A DNA stretch of 64,000 nt from Iphione sp. A-MEVVRFRX5 (Eukaryota): positions 101,556,001 to 101,620,000 of the forward strand of contig OZ320314.1 of the NCBI GenBank assembly GCA_976226885.1, read 5' to 3'. Both the position numbers and the translations under genes were made by a program. The notes below the pieces were generated by a model that was not told the DNA's origin, searched no databases, and saw nothing but the letters and a program-made list of their open reading frames with translations. This document shows, one piece after another, positions 31,985 through 46,500 of the stretch (position 1 is the stretch's first letter; every line of letters starts with the position of its first letter).

Positions 31985-32350
31985 AAAGTGGTATGTGTGT
32001 AGTTGTATGCATAGATGTGTGTCTGGATATGTGTTTTGTGTATGTACCTATAGATATATGTGTAGTTGTGTGTATAGATGTGTGTATGGATGTGTATAGG
32101 TGTATGTGTCTTTGATGTGTGTAGTTGTGTGTGGAAATGTGTAGGTGTACATGTATATGTCTTTGATATGTGTGCAGTTGTAGTTGTGTGCTTTTTTTAT
32201 ATTTGTGTAATTGTGTGTAATAGATGTGTGTATGGATGTGTGTATGGATATGTGTAGGTGTATCTGTTTTTGATATGTGTGTAGTTGTGTGTACATATCT
32301 GTGTAGGTGTATGTGTCTTGGTGCTTGTATGAATTTATATATTTGTCTTT
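31985..32350. repeat. GT-rich degenerate minisatellite
   Basis: Repeated GATATGTGTGTAGTTGTGTGTATAGATGTGTGTATGGA-like units, the same family as 17050-17160. Accounts for the spurious T/H/Y-rich ORFs here. Confidence 0.8.
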
Positions 32351-32553
32351 ATTTGAGTGTGTACTGGTGTACATACATGTAGGCCTCCATGTCGGTGTGA
32401 GCATGTAGAAATATCAGAATGTATTCATATAGAAAATTGTGCTGGTACCTGAATATGAATGTGTCTAGTTGCACAGGCATATTCAGACATAGGTGTGAAG
32501 GTGTATGACTAGATGTAAATGTGCAGATGTATATATATACATATATGAATGCA

Positions 32554-32783
32554 CAGGTCCGTAGCCACGGGGGTATCGGGGGTATTGGCCAATACCCCCA
32601 CAAAGGCCAGGAGGTCCACCCAGAGAAAAAAAATGCTCCATAAGAAGTGAGGAAAAGTGAGAAAATGTGAGGAAATACTCCAGAAATGCACCATGCAAAG
32701 TGAGAAAAGTGAAGAAATGTGAGGAAACATGCTGATTGCTTGACAGGAGATACCCCCCACAAAAATTCCTGGGTACGGGCCTA
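32554..32783. mobile_element. MITE family A, copy 3
   Basis: CAGGTCCGTAGCCA ... TGGGTACGGGCCTA. TSD ATGCA (32549-32553, 32784-32788). Confidence 0.8.
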
Positions 32784-32789
32784 ATGCAT

Positions 32790-32910
32790 GCAACCACTAC
32801 ATGTAGAATTTTGCTGCAGTGGCGCCGCCTCGTTGAAGAAACTTGAATCTCTAGCGCTCGTGAACGGCATCATTGCTGTCAGTAAGCAGACTTGGCAAGA
32901 TGGCGGGTGT
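32790..32910 (+). promoter_or_regulatory. Probable promoter / 5' UTR of the PNPLA6/7 gene
   Basis: CpG-rich patch (GGCGCCGCC) and a YY1-like AAGATGGCGG motif overlapping the start codon at 32900. Confidence 0.45.
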
Positions 32911-35900
32911 TCAGGAATCGCTACAAAATCTCAAGGAACGCCTGCCTGAACCTTTATCTACCTACCAATTTACAGTGGTGAGTTGGTGCAGCAAAATATT
33001 TAGAGATTCATCCGCGGTTATGTGCTTAAAGGGAGGATCAAATGTGTTTAAACTTGACGCAGACCCCAAAGACAAGTTTCATCTGCACCATACCACAACA
33101 CAAACTAGCAAACGTCATGTTTACAAACAAACCCAAATTTACGTAGGACACCCTATTTGTCATTGAAAATCAGACGACGCCATAAAAGAGAAGTCTGCCG
33201 TTTATCTCATTTTCTTCATTCCTAGTACATCAGAGCAGAAATATATCAAACCATTCTTAATGTAACTTGTTGCTATGTCCAAAGTGCCCGAAGTATATGT
33301 TTACGGACGAGGCTGAGGATAAGTATGAAAGCAACTGAAATGGACAGAGAGAGTGAAGGAACTTTTTCTTTTAAAGAAAGCGGTCTTATGTCATCTTTCC
33401 TCAGAAGAGATTAACGGCAACTTCGGACTGACCAGACAGTGATTTCAAAAACACCTTCTGCATGCTTGCACCGGAGAACAGTAAAAAAAAAAATTGTGTG
33501 TCCTCCGTTCAGGTGGAGACGGGTTGTCTGGGGATATCTAATAAAACTTAGCGAAGAATTCAAAACCATTATAACGCTTTAAAAAATAGCTGATAATCCT
33601 TCACCAAGAATTAATTCATTGGTAGGGCTTCACCAGTAAATATTTCAAAGCACATCGCGCTTATTTGCAGAGCCAAATAACATTTCACCATGAATTAAAA
33701 TACCCAATATTATAAAGCTTCACCAGAATAGGTGACACCCCCTGTGTGGAGGGGGACTGCTGTGGCTTTACACTCATGGGCTCTTAGCACCACAGGCTAG
33801 TGCCAGTAAACCTCTAAATAGATAGATCCCATAAATATTATAAGGTCCTTTAGTATACCCACTGCCCATAGGGGCCCTTGGAGGTTTGGTAAGAACTGGA
33901 TAGGTACTCTGCATTTTCACACCCTATACTGGGTAGCTATGCTACTCCCATGGTGCCTGATGAGACTATTATCAGCAAAACCATGCACTCTATACATCCT
34001 GACTCTTGACTGCCTATCTCATATCACTTCCCCCTACCCTTTGGTGGCCCTTTGGCTAAATTAGCCCACCTTCCCTCCAACGGGATCACTCCATTAAGTC
34101 CCTCTCCCCTCTCCTGGAGCATCATCGGAGCTCCATATAATTCTACAAAAGATATTTTTCAAACAACTGTTTTAAAAGGCAATTCCCCCACACCCATGGC
34201 CCAACTACAGCCATCCGAATTTTTACACGGGTCTAGAGGTTTACATTCCACATCTTGGGAAGGTGCACTAGCTGTCACCCTTACCCTTCTGCGTGGTAGC
34301 ACCAGGACAGCTGACATCTGACTAGTGCTTGTCGCATATATCAGAGAACAGAGTCAGTTACCAGCAAAACTAGCCACGTTTCCCAGCAGATATAGTGATT
34401 TCAGTCCAGCAAATATTGGCAGGGTTTCAGCGAATATCAGCCAGTTTGAAGTGAAAATAGGTGCACACAAGGCAACATGTTTATTGTACTGAATTTGCTT
34501 ATTAGATATATTTTCTGTAAATATAATTCCTGAAGCATAACAAATTAGCTGTGTCACAGAATTGAATACGTAGTTTTATGCTTAAGCATGTATACAGGTC
34601 TATAAATACATGTACCTGTACATACATTCGGTATCCCAAAGGCAAAACCAAAAAGATTGTGAGTGTCAGTAGCACCTGTCTTATCTCTTTTAGCTGCGAT
34701 TATCGGCAAGTACCTTAGGTGCACTTTTCAATCAAGACTTGCAAAAGACTTGGAACATAATCGTATATATATGTAACTTACTACTACAAACTGTGGTTTC
34801 TATGTTGATATAGTTTACGAATATCTATTCTTGTTTGGATAGTACAATCCATTATGTCACAAAGACTTTGAAGAATTTTTTTTTTTTTTTTTGAAAAATT
34901 TTATTTATTCCTGGGGTGAAAAAATACACATAGTGTACATAAAATCCAGGTTTCGGTGTATCAAACCATCAGTGATCAATGCAATGAGATGTATTTCATA
35001 CATCCAGTAAGAAATAGCTTAATAACGTCTTCTGAGTTAACATTTGCCTGAACTAGACATCTAAAGACAAAGACTCGTCATTCATATAAGATATCTATCT
35101 CTTTAAAAGAAAGGGGATGTTATGGATATGACCACTGTAGTGCTTAACACTACTACCAGTATAAGTTTGTGTAAACTGCCACCCTACCTAGTGTATGTAA
35201 TAAAGAACACTCTGGTTGCTGGCTCCATCATGTTGTTAGGACTTCCCATGCATTGTAAAGAGACAAAAAGAAACACTTTCCAAAATGTCTGTTTCAGCAG
35301 TATGAAGATATCTTCTGGGGAAAGTAATTACAAAATTCAGAGCAACTTAACAAGTATCATGTTGATCTTAAGTTTTTGTGTGTATTGCGTGCTGCCATAG
35401 TGTAATTATACGTAATTTTTTTTCCATTTCAGAATATCATTATAAGTCTTGTTATAGGTATAGTAACTCTTCTTCTCATCCTCTACTATGTTCTCCGAAT
35501 GAAAATGAAAGTCACTGGTAAGTTGCATATGTAACTCGTTTTAGGGTTTTAAACACCAGACATTTACCTGAATACAGCAAATATTTGTTTGTATTAACCA
35601 GAAGAAGTAACATTTAAAACTTAACGCTAATGCTTCAAACAAGGTGTCCTTCTGAGATACAGGTGTCGCTACAGCCAAGCCAACGAAGCATAGCCCACTT
35701 AGTGGAAGTGTTGCAGGCAATCAAGTCGGACCTGTCAGCGCATTCTTCCTTTGGAATCAATATATATTTTGTGGGGTTTTCGTGAACTTTTAGTTTTATT
35801 TTACTGTGGTCATTGATCAATGATGTCCTGCATGCTTGTTAAGCCACTTTTTATAGCTGTTTCAGTGATTTTCCCTATCTTTGTTAGAATCTGACTCAAA

Positions 35901-38900
35901 TTCCGATTTGGTTGGCTTTATTGGTGGTATTTCAGAACCTTCAGGGGTTTCGAACACTCTTAAACAGTCATTGGCTAGTCAGGGCAGATCATCTTAAGTG
36001 AAACATGCTCAGGAGACTTGTAATATTTACAATCCTAGTGTTCAGTGTTATAGACGTTCAAGGCATACCATGATCAACACTAGACATTGACCCGACTTTG
36101 AAAAAATGGATGCGAAGATTGTCCCTGACCCTTTGCCCACAGTCAACAACCGGGTGCCGAATCTCTCCATCCCACACAACCAGAGATGCTTGAGATGTTT
36201 TCTAACTTGAGGAAGAACTACCCAAGACCTGGCAGCAATGAATAACGCCAGGTAAATAAGCTCAGTGAGCCTTTGTGGAACTCTTTCTAAGAAGTCAAAC
36301 GCTCTGGAAAGGTGTGTGCAGAAGTTGCAGGCAGCTATAGCGGGATGTCTCACTACTTCACTAAAAGCAATTGAGATAGTCTTCCCCAAGACCAAAGCTA
36401 AGGATACACTTAAGCTGCCTTTGTTATCCAACACTGTCACAGATGCAGTCATGAATACTGAATGGCATTGCAGTGCGATCCTTTACAAATCAAAAGGGAG
36501 AAAGTCAAGCCAGAGTTTTCTTAACATTTAAAAAACAGATCCCTGATGAATTTCTACCCTTTCACCTTGGTCGGCTTCAGTTTCGAAACTTCGAAGGATG
36601 GGCATGCCTTCTTCAGAAATTATAAAGAGTAGCCTGTGCAGTCTGAATACTGAGGGGACATGTTTGTTTGGCTTGGTTGAAGCAACTCCAGTATTGTAGA
36701 TGGACATCAGTGTACAGTATCATAAGTAAAGATCAAATTTGACTGGTAAACTCATATAATCTAATTACTTCGTAAGTTTACGATATACATTGTAATACTT
36801 TAAGGGCTAATTTTGTCATCTCTGAGGAGTAGAAGTATATAAATGTGGTATATGCTGCTTCTCAGAGATGCTAACTGAATCTAGCCATTCAGATACATTA
36901 TTCCTTCCTAATGCTAGACCATTTCTAGATATGCTTGTCTTTTGAATGTGGCATGAAAAACTATGAAAAAAACTCTTCCGATTCAAGATATAAAGGTTGA
37001 TTCTCAGAGATCTTTCCACATGACCGGTGCTTCATAAGCTGACCTGATGATCAATTGGCAGTCCCCATATTATAAGCAAGTCTTTTTTGTGCTACATCGC
37101 CAATTGACGGGTTTCGCGGTCTCTGTTCACGTCATTTCTCCCAAAGAATGACCCCTGGCACATGCCTGTCGATCACTGCTGTTGAAGGCTGGTTGGATTG
37201 TACAGAGTTGGAAAATGTGTATCTTATCTCACGCCGCGTCCCCTGATGGTGGCCGTGGTGTGTTGAGTCGTGACAGTCGGTCCCGCAAAGGCACGCACAC
37301 AACCATGCACCCACACCTTGACAGTGACATGCCCTCACACTTGCGTGCATTAAATGTGTGCATCAACATACTGACACAAAAACGTACAGTTGTATACACA
37401 AATCTACCCATGCAGGTAAACAAGACTTTACTGTTTAGCTTACAGTCTTACCACTGTCATCGCTATTTTCTTCTTCCTCCAGTACCAGTCCTAAGTAACA
37501 TAGCAGGACCACCAAAACCTCGATTTCGTAAACGTGACAAAGTCATGTTCTATGGAAGGAAAATGTTACGAAAGGTGAGTGAACATTTCCTATATATATG
37601 ACCCAAGAAAGAACCGACTGATGGAAAATTGTATCAGTAATGGAATGTGTTAACACGAGCATTCTTATGGAAAAATCGTTATATAACGGAACGAGCAGTT
37701 CGATGTCAAATGTTATTTTCAGTAATTATGGCTGAGAGTATTTGTTGTACTTCACACTGTTTGACTCTAAATCCTTTTTACTGTAGGATTGAATATTTTT
37801 GCAGGACTAATTAATTTTGGTATCACCACTGGTGAAATGATATTCCACAACATGTGAACTCTTTCGAAGCTTTATCCCATTTATCTTTAAACGCTCCCTC
37901 TCTCAGGCTTACTAATTTTTTTCACGTGTTTGTTATTTGCTTGAGGATTTAAAAAATAAACGTACGCTAAATGTCCATTTGCACAGCTTTGGAGCATGAC
38001 GTGTTTTACACATGGACATAATAATTAGTTTTTGTCTCCGTCGCATTCACAACGGAGGCTTCGTATTCCTGTACTCATTTGGCAGCTTTTTACTCACGGA
38101 AGGTTACCACTGCATCAATAGCGAATATGTTTTATCATAAGACTAATGGAAAAATAAGAGGAACATGGAAATACTACATATACCTCATCTAGACCTCTAC
38201 ACAAGTAATGGAGTTAATGAAATTTGCATTAAGAGGATATCTCCCAGTATTTTTGTCATGATCATCTTCCCCATTAACACTAGGCTATATGCATGCTTTT
38301 CGTTATAGTTTGTTGTTGGCATGGTCTCTGACACCCGCAAGTTGGTAGGTCCACACTAGCAGGGTTTGCTTACAGAGTGGTTGCAGTGTCTTCGTGTGAC
38401 AATAATCTGTTTGAAAGTCTAAGCACTGACCTCTGAAGTATAGATCTGAAAACAACCTCTTTTTCAACTTCTAAACGCAAAGTGGATTTATTCAGTTTTC
38501 AAATAGGTAATATAAATTCTCAATTTTTCAACCGATGTAATGTCTGAAAATGGCTAGATGATGGGAAAGGGATGGAATAAGGAGTGACAAACAGACGTAC
38601 AGAGGCAAAGAAGGGAAGGGAGGGAGAGGGACAGACAGACTTGGAAGCAAAATTGTTTCGAAGGGGAAGTGAGAAGAAAGTTAGATTGATAACAAACATC
38701 GATATATGACAATACATATCTGCATATATGTTCTAAAATGACTTCAAAGATACCATATATATGAAAACAAACATTTTCGCCTCCCCATTAATTCAAATTG
38801 GGTACCTTTTCTCATATCACTAGTTACTTTTTATCTTATCCATAGCTAGTAGTTCTGAACTCTTACTCCAGCACCCAAACCTTGGAAACTCTAGGTGGTG

Positions 38901-40523
38901 ATATCAGACTTTATCAACTTTTAAGTCATATCATTTGCATGAAAAGCACAGACTTCTTAAACTTTAGGCAAATCCATTGCCGTAAAGTCACTTTTGTCAT
39001 TTCATGTTTCTTATACTTTGTGTCACCTATCTGTGGGGTCGTTTTAAGTGAACGTGGCAGAATAATTGGAGCTAAGCAGTATTGAGCTTGTCAGTATCTT
39101 TCTCGTAGACATATGTCCTTTGAACTGGAGCATTGTCCTTTTGAATGTGTTTATTTTCGGTAATGGATATCTTTCTGGAAAATAATAAATTCTAATATTT
39201 CAACTTTTTCATTTACTTCTTGTCTTGTAAAATTCTCGATCCTGCCTCTTTCCCTTCTTAATATATATATGATTTCAATTTACCTGTTGATATACATTGT
39301 ACGCTCTTAATAATAGTAGTATCACTGTCTGTTGGAAATGAGAGTGTCTAGCTATTGATACACTAAACTAGTGTCATAGGTCAAAGTGGTGCATTTATAA
39401 CCGATTGTCTTTAGCTTGTATTTACTTTTACATTAAGTTGTTCTATTACACCTAGCAGGGTGGAAATGCATATATTCTCACCAATTTTGCCATGAGGAAA
39501 AGAAAAACTTGCAGTGCTGGCGGTAGCAAATTTGATAGAGATCTTGAATGGAGAATCTTACATTGGTCCTTTTTGTTATTTGTGCCTCATTCATCCTGTT
39601 GCTATGAATTTGTATAAGAGTAAGCCTTATGTAAAATGGAATTTTTCAGTACAATTTAGGACGTCATATATATGCTGTATTGTGTGCTTTGTATAAAGTA
39701 CCTTGTATGCTCATGCCATCTTAGATTCGTAAATATATTATATGTATTTCTACTTTCAGGTGAAAAGTTTCACACGTAACACCATAAGAGATGTTAGTGT
39801 TACCACAGGTGGGAGGTCTCGGACTACAAAAAAGAGACTTGTCATGAAGATTGCCAGAAAGTAAGTAGAAAGGTTTTAGTCACTAACTGTAAGGGCAAGT
39901 AACCAAGACATGCAAGAAACGAAATACATGTGAAGGAACCCTAATGGAGCCAACTGTGTGACAAGTCTTTATATCAACGGGTATTTTGGGGGCAGTGTTC
40001 ACCTGTGTGTTTTCTTCAGGTTACTGCGCTTCAAGAAAGACCAGACACCTCAACTGCGAAGGCGTGAGCCACCACCTTCCTTTCTGGAGGTGGATCTGCA
40101 GGAGCTGGAACACATTGAACAGCGATTGCCCCCAGAAGTCATGTACATGCTTCGGAGTGTCAGGTAGGCATGGACCAAGGGGAAGCATGGAAGTGTAGTT
40201 GGTGAGGGCTCAGTCATATACTTGAGTGGAATGGTAGAAAGTAAAATGCCATTTTGGCTCCTGCACTAATATTAGGTTCCCTCCTTTTTAATAAGCCCGT
40301 GTTTTACATGTATTTTGTCCGTGTGGTACTCAACAGGGTACTTGGTCACTTTGAGAAGCCTATTTTCCTGGAGCTCTGCAAGTACATGGAGTCAAGATTC
40401 ATTGCTGCAAACAACCACGTGTTTCGTATCGGTGACCAAGATGATAGCATCTATGTAGTGCAGAGTGGAAAGGTGGATGTGTACATGACAGACTCGGTAA
40501 GTCAGCTAGCTGTTTGTAGGCTT

Positions 40524-40582
<59 letters not shown>

Positions 40583-43500
40583 ACCCTTCCACAAGGAAAT
40601 ATATTGACAGCAAATTACACAGAACACTTTTAATTCCATATAGTCCTAATGTGTAGCGCAGCTCCTAATTGACTGGTGTCGGTCCATAAAGATGCTTCTT
40701 CGTCACCCAAATGAAAAAAAAATGAATCGAGGATTTTAAGGATAAGAGCCATTTTTGTTGTTGCAATGAAAGTTAATTCTCTTTATCAGGACGGTACTCC
40801 TCAAGTGATGAAGCAGGTGCAGCAGGGAGAAACAATCCACAGTCTTCTGTCGGTTCTTGACCTGCTGACTGTAAGTTTCTTTCGAACCTTTTTTTTTAGT
40901 AAATTCTAATCACATGTATTGCCTTCCAATTGATTTCTTTGGCAACAAGTCCTTTGTCTCTACTGATGACACCTTTTAACCAGAATTCTCTCATTTCTAA
41001 CAGAAGAGCTTTCTTTTTATACATTCTGTACATAAAAAAATAGAATCAAATTAGGCATCGCATAGCAACTAACTGTTGTACAACTTTTCTTAATATACTA
41101 CAAAAATACAATATGCATACTTTCAGTATGGGAAAAGTAATGTCTTCAGAAAGTGAAACGGGAAAGAAGTTTGGCCACTTTTGATTTCTAAATGGATCCG
41201 ATAAATAGTTGCTGTCTACTTCATTTAGTTTTGAAAGAAGTATTGGATCATCGAGCTGCGAAATACAAACACAGTACTTATTAGTGACACTTCAGTGTTG
41301 TCTATGAACGCCTGTACTTTATGTTCTAGGAGAAACACCTTGGAAAAGAAAAAAAAGTATTATTTTTTTCTTTGCAATGAATAATTCACTGCCTGTTAAT
41401 TTACTTCTCTGGGTGTATGGCCAAGCCAAGTTGATTTCTGCGTAGCCTTTTTTTTCCAGGAGCAGATTATTAACACCCACTGTAAATTTTGCTTGAAAAC
41501 TTTAGGAGTTCATCGTATGAGTCCTTCTCATGGATGTACATTAGAGAACTTTATTCAGAATGCTCTCATATATGTTTGTCATAGTTCTGATGAAAAAGAT
41601 ATGAATACTTGAGTTATCACTTTCGAAAATATTGATGAATTTCAGATGTAATTCCTATCACATCTTTTCTCCAAAGTTTTCAATAAGACTTTCAGTTTGT
41701 CTTTATGACAGTGTTTCTCTTACCAGTACTTTGGTTTAGTATACTTCAGGTTTAGTGACCTATAAGGTATCATTCTAACATTCTGAATAAGTATCTAATT
41801 TTCATCACTGAGAAAAGGGTAAGGCCCGAAAAAGTTCGTGTGACCCTTTTACAGTTCTTTTCGCAATTTCTGTCACATAGGTCGGCCATTCCTCTGTTTC
41901 TGTTTCTTTCAAAGCATGAGAGCAATAAATGCAGAGAAAGCTGAAATCGCAAACCCTCCCATATTCATCAGACCCCAGGGAACATAACCAAAAGAAAAAA
42001 AAAATTCAGTTTCCTCTAGTGCTCAAGCCCCAAGCTTTCAGCGAAGATTGTAATTTTTCACAATCACAGTTTTAGCTAGGACGTTTAAGACGATTGGTAA
42101 CCTGCTTTGCCAAAATCCAAATCATACTTTGCGCAGACCCAGTTATTAATTTAACGAAAGATTGTAGACTTTAACGGCATACTTCTATTCATTTTTAACT
42201 ATCGGTTGAAAAAAAAATCAGAACTATATATATTTCCTCGGTACAATATTGTATAGCAGGATGAATATGGTTTCACTGCGTAGAGAATTTCCGAATCTGT
42301 CACCATAGGTCTTGCAATGACTCTTCTGGGAAAAGCAGGCTTATATTTTTTATGGGAGCTAGAAGTAGATCACAAGAGAATATTCTCATACCAAATGCGT
42401 CCATATATTAAATTAGACATTCAATTATGGTAGGACCTATTCACCTTGGATACTTCACGTTCCCACACATAGTGTTCCACCATGGAGTTCTAAAGCTTTT
42501 TGGTTTGTTCATTTTTTTCTCACTTTCAACCAGTAGTTATCTGCATGGTATGCACCTCCTTCCATGAAACTAGCATGCATGTTGATAGGATTGCTTAATA
42601 GATATGTTAGAAGGAGTAAAAACACCGGCACTTGCCGGATTGTTTGGGGATTGAAAGGGACAGATAAGGGGATTTATCTCTATGACTTCTGTAAGTAGAT
42701 ATGAAAAAATTTTAAACACCATGCACCTCATAAAATGTGTGACAATTCTTGTATTGTTTATGCATCATTTAATATAATGTTTAGGTTCTTATGCTGCTCT
42801 TTGATAATACACAGGGTCACCCAGCACCATACAAGACAGTCGAGGCCATTGCTGTGGTGGACACCACCATCCTTCGCCTTCCAGCGCAGGCTTTCCAAAT
42901 AGTTCTAGAGCGATTTCCTGAGTCTCTTGTAAGAGTGGTCCAAGTAAGTACATACGTACATCATAAGTAACGTTCATATAGAGCAAAAGAATCAACACCT
43001 CATATCATGTACCTACTGAATGATTGTTAAGAAATTTTGATGGACATTACACACGACATTGGGAGACTTCTCTTTCATGGTCCTTACTTATCGTTCACAC
43101 TGGAATTATGACCATTTGCATTATTTTAAACTTACTTTGTTTGCTTCTTTACTAACCATTTTATTTCATATTACTCTGCCTTTTCTGAGCATTTCATACC
43201 ATACCTTATGCTGTCCCTTTGCCTGTCCATTTCAATCCACCTCGCTATTTCGCCGCATCGTATGCTACATTTTATTTATTATACTCAGGGGAGGTCTGCA
43301 AGATGTTAACAGGTCCAGGTTACAAGGGAGCAAGTGTCAGTGGAGGTCTGCGTGCAGGCAGCTGTCATTGTGTGTGACTTCCATTATATATAGAAGAATT
43401 ATATTTTTTTACTTTTTTGATCTCCTTTCGATTTGCTTCGATTGGGTGGCTGAGTGGGTTGTTCACTTAATTGTTGTCTTTTGACTGGCCTTCAATTAAG

Positions 43501-46500
43501 TGGATGGATGCGTTGTTCACTTGATTGCATTTTGGCATCAGGTGTACGCTTCCTGTACTGCCCAAAGCAGTGTGCCTGCCACAGTAAGTAGCTGGGCAGA
43601 TGTCTTTTGTTAATCAAGAATTGTCGAATCTCTTCTCTGTATGGCCTGTTTCTCTGCTTGGGTTGTCTTTTTGAGACCCAACCAACTTTCTAGATGATTT
43701 TGGAAATTGAACAAAAGGATAGCCACTTCAAGATAGAGACTCATCAGATTGTGTTTCCTTTGGTCTTTCCATCATGTTTCTTGGCATGAATTGATCTTAC
43801 AGACTGCTCATCACACTATGCCATTTTTGTCTCCTCACAAAGGTGTTTTATACTTTTCCGTGGGGAGGATTAAACCTATCCCTACAAGGCTCTACCCTTT
43901 GACCTTTCGTCAGCTCCTAGGATTTTTTCTAAACATTGGACTTCTTTTTGCTTACCTTAGATGGTAGGAATTGTTATTGCTTCCTATATTATTATCATAG
44001 CCAGGACAAATGAGAAGTGCACTAGACATGTGACCAAGACTATTTCTTGATAAGAGAAAGTAGGTTTATTGAATATTTTCGAATGCAACCAGCTCAGCTG
44101 GTTGCTTTCTTGTGGTATGTTGTTGATTCGGTTTCCACGACTGTATATCCTACCTGGTCGAGCCTGCGTAAGGTGTCACATTCTATTTCTGATTTGTTGG
44201 TTGCAAATGTCATATTAACCCTCTGTGTGATCTGTTTTGGAGAAGAATGCTTGTGCTTATGATAATTTCAAACAGGTAGAGTCTTGCAAGAAGTTTGCTT
44301 TGATCAAAGCAAGGTCAGCTAGGTATGATGGGACAGTGGTTCTGTCTTCTTCAGCCAGATATGATTTGTTGTGGTGGCTGGGTAACATCAGCTTAGCTCA
44401 TAAGCACTCATATGCTCATCCATGTACTTTTTTGCTGATGCCTTTTAGGATTGCTGGTGAGCCTGGTTTCAAGACACTAGAATAGGAGTTGTCTGAGTAC
44501 CCTGTGAAACAGATGACCATATCTTTACTTCAAAGAATGAAATTCTTTCGTTGCTTTCGTTGCTGCTGACCATGTCCATGAGTTTCGCTGCACTGCACTC
44601 TGCCAGCAGCGTCATGTGGTACAGTGAAATTCATGCTGATCAATGTACTGGCACTGTGTCTTAGACACTTAAAATGTGTTTGGTAACATTGCTCATGTTG
44701 TACATCCATCTCTTTTGCACTTTTATGCATGTTGGGCTAATTGCAGATTATTTTGGCCCAGCATAACAGACAGGCACAATGCATTAATTCTTTGCTTGTT
44801 TTGGCCTCCTAGGTAATCATGGTTCGCCTGCAGCGTGTCACGTTCATGGCCCTTCACAATTACCTTGGGCTGAGCTTTGAACTCATGAACCCGGTAAGTT
44901 GTCCTGTTCTGTTAAGTTAGTCATACTCAAGATGATTATGTGTATGAGAACTGGCGTATGGTTGTACTTCCTTAAGTGCATCCAAGCTCTCATACAAGAT
45001 GAGACGGGAAAATCGCGTCATGTAACCATTTAGAGCACAAGTAATTTCAGCTATTAGTCCTCACTGCTGTCTGAAAGCGGTTCGGGGAGATATGCCGTTT
45101 TAATATAAACTTCAACATTGCAGACCTTGCCTCTACTCATACGGTAATGGAATTGTAAGAAGAGGTAGATATTTAAGTTGTTGTTATGGGTAACAAAATA
45201 TGTAATCTGAGATAAGTGTGTGGGGAAACCAGTAGAGCCAGGAGGACGGGCCATGAACAATGGTCGAAGTAGTCATGACGGCAGGTGTGTGTGAGTCTCT
45301 GTCTATGCGTCTGTCTGTTTAAGATTTCTATTTAAATGTCAAAACTAATTTCATTATATGAGCAGTAAAAGAAATAGATGAGCCATGTGCATAGCTCGTC
45401 CACAAATCTGTCATTTGTACTTTCACCCGATAATAATTTATATTTATTTGTGTAAAAAACATCCTTTTAACCCTTTCCTAAATCATGCCATACGGAAAGT
45501 TCCTATGTTGAGCCTTGTCTTTGATGTTAATTCTAGGCTAAACTGAAACATCACAAGGTACTTTTGTATAGATTTTCACGAATCTACGAAGTATATCTTA
45601 AGGACTGTGCATCCTAAGAATTTCTTGCTTTAATTGTAAGAGCTAGTGTGAGGAATTCCTGACAGTGACTACATAGTCATACTTGCATAGAATTTAAACT
45701 GTGAGTCAGTGAAGAACGCGGAAGCACCGAGAAATCCTGCCCGTGTAGCAGTAGACATGGGAAAGAATTCAAACTGTTTAATATAGTTAAGCTTAGCTAG
45801 GGTAATTCAAACTAAAGAGTTGAAAAAATCACTACGACCAGTCTTAGGGTGGACTTCATCCAAGTTTTGTTTAATTACACTTTTGCCATAAATCTTTCAA
45901 AAGAAACAGGTATTCTTGTACTTAGTATACTAATTTTAATACAAATAAAATTGTATAAATAATGTGAAAAACTATTTTGGTCTATATAATTTTGCGATGA
46001 AATCCTGGCACAGTTATTAGATTCACATACGTATAGTGCCCAGCACTACGATTCCTCCGCCTCAGCTTTTAATGTGGAGACCCCCTATTTAACTGTCATA
46101 ACAACTCATAGAAATTTAAAGTCTATTTTACTAATTAGTTGTACACTCAGATATGTTCCCATAACTAAGTCCTTTGAACCCTTCACTAAGAATTACAACT
46201 AAAAGGCATTCACAATTGCTTTAAGGTTTTCCTACTCGCCTTATAGCGCTGTAATGTTCAGTCACCATTGTAAATAATTAAATGTTCGTTTCAAATTTTG
46301 TATAGTCTGGAGCAGTTTGCTCTATTTTGACTAACTGTTGTTTTATGACACTATGCAGGAAAATCTGAGTGATCCTACCTACTCGGTACACTCACTGCAT
46401 GTTTCACCCAAAGGCAGCCCACAAAAAGTTATTCGTGACAGTCGCACTTCAGTGATAGCTTCAGAACATGAGCGGATCTATCGAGTTGTCAACTGTGAAG

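Noticed and set aside
33945-33995. Hammerhead ribozyme-like CTGATGAG ... AAAC with CATGGT/ACCATG pairing
   Set aside because: It lacks the GAAA core and a valid NUH cleavage triplet, and stems I and II cannot form convincingly. Other CTGATGA sites I checked also failed.
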